The notes beneath the pieces are model-generated. The model was not told the origin of the DNA, ran no database searches, and saw nothing but the letters and a program-made list of their open reading frames with translations. Positions 51,852-61,624 of a DNA stretch of 64,000 nucleotides are shown one piece after another (within the stretch, counting starts at the first letter, position 1; each line of letters opens with the position of its first letter). The stretch is from Phoronis australis (lineage: Eukaryota; Animalia; Phoronida): positions 372,001 to 436,000 of the forward strand of contig NMRA01000335.1 of the NCBI GenBank assembly GCA_002633005.1, read 5' to 3'. Made by a program: the position numbers and the translations under genes.

Positions 51852-52479
51852 GTCAGTGTGCTATTGATTGTGTTGTGTTATTTGATGAAGTCAACTAAGA
51901 GATGGTTGTGTTCATTATAACAGCTCAGTGTGGAAATAAAGATTATGCATTCAAGTTTTCTTTTTCATTGCTTTGTGAAATGAAATTTCTCCAAGTATGT
52001 TGCTTTTTCTTAACATTTGTTTCTTTTTGTTTGTTTTTAGTTTGCCCGTTACAGATTGCAGTTCTCATTCGATCACCGTGACATTTACACAAAACATGTA
52101 TGAATGGCTCGAAGCCTATTGTTTTTGGTTGAAATTGGATACAAGATGGCGCTGTGGCAACCATTGTTCCCTTTTTGGTTTGATTTTTTTACTATTTTTT
52201 AATGTATCATTTCAAAGGCTACCGCCAATGTCCATTAAATTTGTTCTTCTCTAGGTCTTACCATTCTCCAGTTATTCGAGACTTTTGGAAGACTGGTCTC
52301 CAAATAACTGTTTTTTGTGCCGTATCTTTGGCACCCCTTGACGGATCAGTTTGAAATTTGGTATGTGGATAGATCTTTTCAAGCACTGTCAACGTTGTGA
52401 AACACCCTTTCTTGCTATGACTTACCGAGATTTACTGCTCAAAGTGACTTATGTTGACTAGTTGCTGCACTTTGTCAGT

Positions 52480-52706
52480 CGTCATGTATTGAATTTCTTC
52501 CAGATGCTTATAGTTCCGGTAATACTTAAATGTATGACTTTTAATCACGTGTCACTATGACGTATATCCTTTGCGTGTATAAATAGTTTTTCTGCATGTG
52601 TTTTAGTCACTTGCATGTCGTTTGCTTTAATGCTGATTACTTTAATTAATATAACTCTTATATCATTCAATTGGTTTTATATACGTCGTACACTGAGGAC
52701 ATTACA
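52480..52706 (+). repeat. 5' LTR (227 bp)
   Basis: Direct repeat of 56636-56847. The terminal TG is mutated to CG, it ends in CATTACA and it is followed by the PBS. Confidence 0.92.
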
Positions 52707-52707
52707 T

Positions 52708-52720
52708 TGGCGACGAGGAT
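52708..52720 (+). promoter_or_regulatory. Primer binding site complementary to the tRNA-Ser(GCU) 3' end
   Basis: TGGCGACGAGGAT lies 1 nt after the 5' LTR and is the reverse complement of AUCCUCGUCG-CCA. Confidence 0.85.
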
Positions 52721-52745
52721 ATATTGTCACTGAAAATTTTTGAAG

Positions 52746-55700
52746 ATGGCAGTAGGAGATGGTTCACGTATTCCAAAGTTCGACTGCTTTTCTGATCCAG
52801 CCACGGTAGGAACAAGATGGGAGTGGTGGCTGAAATCATTCGAGTTGTTTGCCGAAAGGCCTGATAATAGAGCCAGGTTCTGACAAGGATTGCCAGAGGC
52901 GTCGAGCACAGCTCTTACAGTACGCTGGTCCCGATGTACAGGACATTTTTTGGACCTTGACCGATACGGGCACAGCCAAAGATCACGACTTGGCAGTCCA
53001 GAAACTGAACGAACACTTTGTTCCCCAAGTGAACACTGCTTTTGCCCGACACTCGTTTTGTCAACTAACACAAAAAGATGGTGAAACGACATTGCAATTC
53101 GCAACTCATTTGCGACAAGCAGTGAAAGAGTGTGCATATGGGGTGGACAGGGACAACCAAATCCGCGATGAACTTTGTCAAAAACGCGCTTGGACTACCT
53201 GAGACGGAAATTGATTGAAGAAGAACAGGATCTCACCCTAAGAAGGACTCTAGAAATAGCCGAAAGCTACGAGAAAGTGGAGGTGCAAATGGCATTGCTC
53301 AGCGTCAACGGACGTGACGGAGAAATAAATTGAGTTCGCACCGGCACGAAGCCCTGGAAAAATCAGAAGTCGCGGAAACCCGAGAATCGCCAACTCTGCT
53401 ATCCTTGTGGAAAAGCTGGACATTTTTGTCGCGATCCACAGTGCCCAGCTAGGGGTAAGACATTCAATAAGTGTGGCGGTAAAGACCATTTCGTGTCCAC
53501 TTGCGAAACAAAGGTAACGAAAGCTAAAGTTAATTCTGTGGATGAAACATCGGAAACCGTTTTTGGACTCTCAGCCCACAATCATGGTAAACCTCGGAGG
53601 TGTAAGCCTAAAACTTATAGTCGATTCAGGAGCCGCCAGCAATATTATGGACGAGAAAACCTGGAACATGTTAAAGAGCAAGGGCATAAAAACGCTGACA
53701 AAACCAGTTAAATCATATTCTGCAAAACAGTTATATCCGTACGCGTCGAAAAAACCCTTGGACATAATAGGAGAGTTCCGCTGTTTTATTTCAGCCGGAA
53801 ATAATTCAGTACAATGTGAATTTCTCGTTATTCATGGAGAAGGGATGCCTCTTTTTGGACGCAAGACAGCTACGGAATTGCGCGTACTACAGATTGGTAT
53901 AAACCAGGTGAGCGAGATCAACTCGGAGTCGCTATAGTAGAAATATCCGAAAATATTTTGCCGCAGTCGGCCTGTTGAAGGACAGGACAGACAAATTCGT
54001 CTCCACATCAATCCCAATGTTGAGCCCATTGCACAGCCGTTACGGCTAATACCGTACAATCTGAGGGACAAAGTTAAAGGTAAAATAAACGAACTATTGA
54101 AGTTGGACATAATAGAACCCGTTGATGGTCCCACTCCATGGTTAAACCCAGTAGTGGTCATACCTAAGAAAAAAGATGATATTCGTTTGTGCTTGGGCAT
54201 GAGACGCGCAAATGAAACAGTTTTAAGGGAGCGACACCCCATCCCTACTGTAAACGAGATCCTGCAAAACATGAATGGATCCACGGTTTTCAGTAAGCTA
54301 GACTTGAAGTGGGGATATCATCAAATTGAATTGTCTCCAAAATCTCGTGACATAACTACGTTTGCTGTCCACATTGGACTGTTTCGATACGAACGCCTGC
54401 TGTTTGGAGTAAGCTCCGCAACTGAACAGTACCAGTACGAAGTAAGTCGAGCATTATCTGGAATTGAAGGAGTCGAAAATATTTCGGACGATATAATTGT
54501 ACATTTTCCAGAGGTAGAATCGTACGACCAACGCCTACAACTTGTTTTGAAACAACTAGAGAACTGTCGACTAACCCTAAATGGTGAGAAATGTCAGTTT
54601 GGCATGAACAAGCTGGTATTCATGGGAATACTATTGTCTGAAAAGGGCATCGGCCCCACTGAAGCCCAAGTTGAAGCCATTTGGAATGCGAGGGAGCCGC
54701 AAAACGCGAGTGAGGTAAGATCTTTTCTTGGCCTTGCTAGTTTTTTTGCCACAATCTGCGAGCCATTAAGACGACTGACAAAAAGGGGACTGTTTTTAAA
54801 TTTTGCCCTGAGCAGAAAAAGTCATTTGCACTCCTAAGAGACAGTCTGACTTGCTTATTACGACAAAGATGCACCGACACAGGTCATCGCTGATGCTAGT
54901 CCTGTTGGAATTGGTGCTGTCCTGATGCAGGAACAACGAGGCGTCAAAGTTCCTGTTTGCTATGCACTGTCTGATTGTGAACACCGATACAGCCAAACCA
55001 AAAAGAAAACACATGGGCGTGCGAGAAATTCCATGCTTATTTGTTTGCTGAAGAGTTTGATCTGATCACTGACCACAAACCCTTAGAAACCATTTTGGAC
55101 CCCGATCCAAAAGCCTATGCGAAGATCGAGCGTTGGGTAGTACCTTTGCAGCCCTATAACTTTCGAATACGACACATCGCTGGCAATCAAAACATTGCTG
55201 ATTCATTATCACGCCTGGTGAACCCTGCAGACATTCAAAAGAAACAAACCGATGAAGCTGAGGATTGTGTCCGTTTTATTGTGGGCAATGCCAGGCCAAA
55301 TGCTCTGTCAACGCGTGACATTGAAATCCAAGCCTTGGATGACCCTGAATTGTCTGAAGTCAGGAAAGCCGTCGAAACTGGAAGATTCAAGAATTGTCGA
55401 AATTTCCAAGCTGTTGCTGGAGAACTGTGTGTTGTTGGAAAAGTAATTTTGAGGGGTACCCGAATTGTGATCCCGCGTAAAATGCGCCCCACAATATTAT
55501 TGCTGGCACATGAAGGTCATTTAGTAATTGTTGGTATGAAACGTTTACGGACTAAAGTGTGGTGGCCCTGCATGGATAAAGTTTCTGAAAAGCCCTGCAA
55601 ACCGTGTTATAGGTGTCAAATTGTGGCACGACTCGATTTTGCAGAACCGAGTGGCTCCACTGAGTTACCGGACGGACCTTGGCAAGACCTTGCTGTCGAT

Positions 55701-56536
55701 CTGTTGGGATTGTTTCTCTCTGGACATTCAGTATTAGTTGTAGTGGATTACTACAGTGTCGGTTTTATGAGATCGAGATTTTGAAATCCATGCTCGCAAA
55801 TAACGTAATTGAATGATGCATTGTGGGAGATGCTTTGTTGATTCGATTTACCGTTATCGATCAAGTCAGACAACGGCCCGCAGTTTAAATCCAAACAGTT
55901 CCACCAATTTTGTGTAGAAAATGGAATTCGACACCAAAAACTCACTCCGAGATGGGCCCTAGCCATTGGGGAGATGGAACGTCAAAATGCGTCGTTGAAA
56001 CGTATTAAAATTGCGCAAAGTGAGGAACTTGACTGGAAACATGAAATATGTAAATATTTGATGGCATACCATTCGCTAGAACATGCCACAACTGGGCAAA
56101 GCCTCGCTGAACTCATGTTTGGCAGGAAAATACATACAAAACTGTCCGAATTCAAAATGGTAGACGAACATTATGACGTTGAGTTACGAGACCGCGACTT
56201 GGAAGCAAAAGCCAAATACAAAGTGTATCAGATGCCGCAAGAAATGCGAAACCATCGGAAGTATCCGTGGGCGACACGGTGCTTATACGACAAGACAAAC
56301 AAGACAAATGCACAACGAATTTCAACCCGACACCACATGAAGTTTTTGACAGATCGGGAAATCAGGTTTTTATCAAATCGACAGAAGGAGTCAGTTATTC
56401 ACAGAACATGTCCGCGGTGAAGAAGTTTGCTGTTCCAAACGATAGGTTAGTCAGGGATGCGGACAATACGATTACGCAAGTTCCAACTCAGTCACTGGAC
56501 GTACCGGTTGATCACTGTAGAGGAAGTCTTATATAA
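52746..56536 (+). pseudogene. Disrupted gag-pol of the LTR retrotransposon
   Basis: Recognisable gag, PR, RT, RNase H and IN fragments are spread over several frames with in-frame stops, for example near 53200, 53935, 54835 and 55782. Confidence 0.9.
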
Positions 56537-56635
56537 CGAATGAGTACACTAGTGTTGTTTTGATGTTTGATGACTAAATTTTCATTGGTAGTTTTATCCC
56601 TGATGACTGAACATTTCGTCTAAGGAAAGGAGAGA

Positions 56636-56847
56636 TGTCATGTATTGAATTTCTACCAGATGTTTATAGTTCCAGTAATACTTAAATGTATGACTTTTAA
56701 TCACGTGTTACTATGACATATATCCTTGCCGTGTATAAATACTGCATGCGTTTTAGTCACTTGGATGTCTTTTGCTTTAATGCTGATTGCTTTAATTAAT
56801 ATATCATTCAATTGGTTTTATATCCGTCGTACACCGACAACATTACA
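56636..56847 (+). repeat. 3' LTR (212 bp)
   Basis: Begins TGTCATG directly after the PPT AAGGAAAGGAGAGA and ends in CATTACA. Confidence 0.93.
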
Positions 56848-56871
56848 TTAGCCTATCATATTTGTGCTAGA

Positions 56872-57071
56872 NNNNNNNNNNNNNNNNNNNNNNNNNNNNN
56901 NNNNNNNNNNNNNNNNNNNNNNNNNNNNNNNNNNNNNNNNNNNNNNNNNNNNNNNNNNNNNNNNNNNNNNNNNNNNNNNNNNNNNNNNNNNNNNNNNNNN
57001 NNNNNNNNNNNNNNNNNNNNNNNNNNNNNNNNNNNNNNNNNNNNNNNNNNNNNNNNNNNNNNNNNNNNNNN
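56872..57071. other. Assembly gap (200 N)
   Basis: Run of N. Confidence 0.99.
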
Positions 57072-58271
57072 GACCTTGGCAAGACCTTGCTGTCGATCTG
57101 TTGGGATTGTTTCTCTCTGGACATTCAGTATTTGTTGTAGTGGATTACTACAGTGTCGGTTTTATGAGATCGAGATTTTGAAATCCATGCTCACAAATAA
57201 CGTAATTGAATGATGCATTGTGGGAGATGCTTTGTTGATTCGATTTACCGTTATCGATCAAGTCAGACAACGGCCCGCAGTTTAAATCCAAACAGTTACA
57301 CCAATTTTGTGTAGAAAATGGAATTCGACACCAAAAACTCACTCTGAGATGGGCCCTAGCCATTGGGGAGATGGAACGTCAAAATGCGTCATTGTTGAAA
57401 CGTATTAAAATTGCGCAAAGCGAGGAACTTGACTGGAAACGTGAAATATGTAAATATTTGATGGCATACCATTCGCTAGAACATGCCACAACTGGGCAAA
57501 GCCCCGCTGAACTCATGTTTGGCAGGAAAATACATACAAAACTGTCCGAATTCAAAATGGTAGACGAACATTACGACATTGAGTTACAAGACCGCGACTT
57601 GGAAGCAAAAGCCAAATACAAAGTGTATCAGATGCCGCAAGAAATGTGAAACCATCGGAAGTATCAGTGGGCGACACGGTGCTTATACGACAAGACAAAC
57701 AAGACAAATGCACAACGAATTTCAACCCGACACCACATGAAGTTTTTGACAGATCGGGAAATCAGGTTTTTATCAAATCCACAGAAGGAGTCAGTTATTC
57801 ACAGAACATGTCCGCGGTGAAGAAGTTTGCTGTTCCAAACGATAGGTTAGTCAGGGATGCGGACAATACGATTACGCAAGTTCCAACTCAGTCACTGGAC
57901 GTACCAGTTGATCACTGTAGAGGAAGTCTTATATAACGAATGAGTACACTAGTGTTGTTTTGATGTTTGATGACTAAATTTTGATTGGTAGTTTTATTCC
58001 TGATGACTGAACATTTCGTCTAAGGAAAGGAGAGATGTCATGTATTGAATTTCTACCAGATGTTTATAGTTCCAGTAATACTTAAATGTATGACTTTTAA
58101 TCACGTGTTACTATGACGTATATCCTTACCGTGTATAAATACTGCATGCGTTTTAGTCACTTGGATGTCTTTTGCTTTAATGCTGATTGCTTTAATTAAT
58201 ATATCATTCAATTGGTTTTATATCCGTCGTACACCGACAACATTACATTAGCCTATCATATTTGTGCTAGA
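57072..58271 (+). repeat. Near-identical second copy of 55675-56871 (integrase end, PPT, LTR 58036-58247 and flank)
   Basis: Same sequence with scattered SNPs and one 3-bp indel. Both copies abut the gap and include the same host flank. Confidence 0.93.
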
Positions 58272-58767
58272 TATCACATTTTTCATCTTATCAACATGAA
58301 ATTTACGTACAGAGGTTTTTTAATCAATAGCCCGAGGACTTGGGCGAAATCAGGCACAAGATGGCGCTGTGACAGCCATTTTTCGAATTGTTTAATACAA
58401 AGCTTTAGCTGTGCAATGGGCTGTCTAATACTTTGGTTTTGTCATACACCTCACTTTTAATTTTTATGGTTCTTTATTCTTTTTTATTTTCTGTGGGTTA
58501 CAATTAAAAGCTTCTTGAGTCTGTCTCTGAATAATTGTTACCAGAACCGCACCTCCTTTTGAGTGATCCTGTTACCTCTGTCAGAAGTGGGCCTTGTTGA
58601 CAAGTCTATTCCCCTGAACCTGGCAAGATTGTCACCATAGCATTGATAATTCTGATTTTCGGTCCAGAAAATACATTTAAATACACGAGTCAAAACATTG
58701 CATTTTAATACCTTGTTCAACATTGAGTGTTGTGTCGGGTTTGCTCCAACACTTTTTCTCATTACAG

Positions 58768-58901
58768 GAGTACAGCCTGGTTATCACTGGACACAGTCTG
58801 GGTGCTGGTACAGCAGGGGTCCTCGCTGTTCTCATGAAGGACATTCCAGGCTTTGGCAACCTCAAGTGTTTCGCCTTCTCGCCACCAGGGGGCCTTATGA
58901 G
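58768..58901 (+). CDS. DAGLB: DAGL exon 9 (catalytic Ser)
   Basis: Reads YSLVITGHSLGAGTAGVL...CFAFSPPGGLM. AG acceptor, GT donor. 134 nt. Confidence 0.95.
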
Positions 58902-59221
58902 GTATATGTATTTGTAGTTCATTGCCATTGTCACTGAATGAGCCAGGACCTGTATGACAAAAGTTGAAAACAGTCATAGACATGCTCTTACACTAACAAT
59001 AGTGCATTTTTTGAAACATAATTATTCACAGTTTTGTACAGTCACATTCACCTAAGCTTCAGTTAAGGTGCAGGAAAGTTTCATTTGTACACGGGTACAT
59101 GTTTTAGTCATGTGTTTTTATCTAGACTTCACAAATGTTTTTTACTTTAAAAATTGAAGTTCTGTCAACATTTATTCTAGACGAGAACTCAATCATTGCT
59201 CTTTTATGGTACTTGCTCCTT

Positions 59222-59322
59222 GATTTTTCTCTTTCTCTCCCTCCCTCCCTCCCTCCCACCCTTCTTTCTCCGCCGCCTCCCTCCCTCCTCCTCCCTTCCC
59301 CTTCCTCTCGTCACTCCCTCTA
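59222..59322. repeat. C/T-rich low-complexity tract
   Basis: About 100 nt that are almost purely pyrimidine, (CCCT)n-like. Confidence 0.85.
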
Positions 59323-60159
59323 TCCATGAACAGCATGCAGTTCTACCAAAGGTTGAAAGGATAAACTCCTAAATATGAATTCTACATTTTGGAAACCATG
59401 ACCAATTAGCAATGACATTGCAGCGTTTTGGTGTCCATGCACGCACTAGGGGAACTCATTCAAGCCCTCCATTTGACAAAGTGGGCAAGAAAAGTGCCCC
59501 TCAGAGAAACAAAAACTCCGAAAAAAATAGAAAATGAGACAAAAGTCCACTAAAAAGGCAGGAACTGCCAAAAGTCAGCGAATGCACAATTCATAGCTCT
59601 GAATGTACCCCGGGAATCTAGTAAAAGGTCCACGTTCTCAAGCATACGAGCCCCTCAACTTTTACGGCTGGGTGTGCGCATGATGCCACAATCAATTCAA
59701 TCATTTCTTGCAGCATAGATCTGGGGGAACATGAGGTTTTTAGTGGAATTCGCCTGACCAAGCCGGAACTTTTTTGGTTTTATTAGTGACTTCGTTTTAT
59801 GATATTAAAATAAACCAATAAATGCATTAGTATAACCAAGTTATCATTAGTTAGATGCTAGTCCTCTAATAAATACCCTTGCCATTTTAGTCCATTAGTG
59901 AGATTAGACTGTTTTCGTTGAAACTTGTTTGATAATAGATGCATAGTCAGCAACTGCTAACAAATAGTGGAAATAATTTTCTCTTTTATGTTCATCTGCT
60001 CATGGTTAAGAATTATTCATTTCACTTCTAATCTCTAGACATTTCAGAATTCTTTGTAAAAGAACAAGGTTAATGATGCAAATGCACTTTTACTTAATTA
60101 ATTGTGATGATTAATTGATATTGGTAATTTAATCATAGTTGGCCTATTATTCCTTTCAG

Positions 60160-60301
60160 CCCCAATGTTGCAAAATATGCTGAACATTTTGTCTGCTCTG
60201 TTGTCTTGGGTGACGATATTGTTGGCAGACTTGGACTCACCCAGGCATGGGGGTTCAAGGCGAAGATCTTGAAAACACTCAAAACGTTGGATATTCCAAA
60301 G
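60160..60301 (+). CDS. DAGLB: DAGL exon 10 (catalytic Asp)
   Basis: Reads FVCSVVLGDDIVGRLG...DIPK. AG acceptor, GTAAGT donor. 142 nt. Confidence 0.92.
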
Positions 60302-60582
60302 GTAAGTGGTGTTGGCTTTTGTGCTGCTGATAGTCGTTTTGAGCTTGCATGAGCATAATGGGAAAGGGAGGAACATAGTGTGATAGAGTACAATGCCAAA
60401 ATGGACTTCTAATAGATGCCTTGTTCCCATCAAGTTAAATTAAAAACTTTTTCACACCTGTATCAAACAGTGCGTTTTACCTCTTCCAAAAGTTTGGGTT
60501 CTCCAAAGGGATAGTAGTGGAATCTGCCACAGTCTTTGAAGTAGAGTAAATCAAGTCGTGTGACTTCCTATTTTGGTTTCAG

Positions 60583-60717
60583 CATGAGATCATGGGTGAT
60601 TGGTTAGAGAGTGTCCTTAGCAAAGTGCTTAGAGTCCACAGGAAAAAACAGAATAAGAACAGCGCCCCCTCGTGGACAGGGGATGCTGAGGCTGAGAGGC
60701 AGGTTTTGAACTTTCAG
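60583..60717 (+). CDS. DAGLB: DAGL exon 11 (regulatory loop)
   Basis: ttcAG acceptor, GTAGGT donor. 135 nt, phase 0->0, open frame. Confidence 0.8.
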
Positions 60718-60989
60718 GTAGGTGGAGGACGCGACATCAGTCAACTAGATGTAAATTCAAATTGATATTGTTTCCCCTACTGTTACTGACCATAAAATAT
60801 GTGAATGACTCAAACAATTGTATTTTTTCAGTTGTAAATTCAAGTTTTTGCAACAAATGTGTGCATGCTTCATAAAGAAAAGTGGGAAATTAAAATATTT
60901 CGCTATTTTTTGATGCTATACACAAGCAGTGGTTACACTTTGAGCACATTCAAAAGTTTTATTGTTGATTGCTATTTGTTTTGTTTCAG

Positions 60990-61090
60990 CAACACATTCA
61001 GGATGCATATGATGAAGCCGAGAGGGAGAAACACAAGGTGGCGCTGAGACCCCCAGGATGTTTGATATTTATAACTGAGAAACAGACAAG
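60990..61090 (+). CDS. DAGLB: DAGL exon 12
   Basis: Reads ALRPPGCLIFI (DAGL motif LYPPGRIIH). AG acceptor, GTAGGA donor. 101 nt. Confidence 0.87.
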
Positions 61091-61440
61091 GTAGGACACA
61101 AATTAACATCGCATTATGACAACATATATTCCTTTATGTTTTATACTCCTTTATTCCTTTATGTATTAAAAATTCTGCTGCTAATGGTTTTTCTTTAAAA
61201 TAATATAAAAAACAAGTAAATTGGCAACAATTTACAAAACACCATCCCACTGCTTTTACGAGTCCTACAGAAAGTTTTAATGTGTTATTATTTCAAGGTT
61301 CGGTAATAAAAAAGTAGTAGCAACTGTTAAATGTGAAGGGGGATAGTTTTATGAATATAGTAGGTTAAAACACATTGTGTTGTTTGTATTCATAGCTGTT
61401 GCTTGGCGCCATATTAGTTTCGACCTTCCTGTATCCTCAG

Positions 61441-61624
61441 TACTTTCTCCATATTTGGTCGGAGGTCAACATATGAGGCCTACTTCACACCTTGCTCGTC
61501 TCGACTGTTCAGTAAACTGATGTTGATGCCAAACATGGTCAGACATCACTTGCCGTGGGCAGTCATGAATGCACTGGACTCACTAGCTGATCAAGGAGCT
61601 CAACCATTACTGAAGGAGGAATGA
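61441..61624 (+). CDS. DAGLB: DAGL terminal coding exon 13 (catalytic His)
   Basis: ctcAG acceptor. Reads FSKLMLMPNMVRHHLPWAVMNALDSL...EE* (DAGL motif F..I...P.M..DHxP..xxxAL). The 13 exons sum to 2070 nt (689 aa) with no long alpha-type tail. Confidence 0.88.

Larger units (their letters stand above)
52480..56847 (+). mobile_element. Decayed full-length Ty3/gypsy LTR retrotransposon (Mag-like) in DAGL intron 8
   Basis: LTRs at 52480-52706 and 56636-56847 (TG..CA). PBS at 52708-52720 and PPT at 56622-56635. Domain order is gag (ATG 52746; paired zinc knuckles 53397-53504), protease IVDSGA, RT (KLDLKWGYHQ, ISDD), RNase H (DAS..TDHKPL) and integrase (H..H..CxxC, VDYYS, SDNGPQF). Confidence 0.95.

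Noticed and set aside
56812-57213. ORFs spanning the N-gap
   Set aside because: Artefacts of translating N.
61396-61417. Upstream acceptor (catAG) for the last DAGL exon
   Set aside because: It gives a stop after six codons and loses the catalytic His. The acceptor at 61439-61440 keeps the frame.
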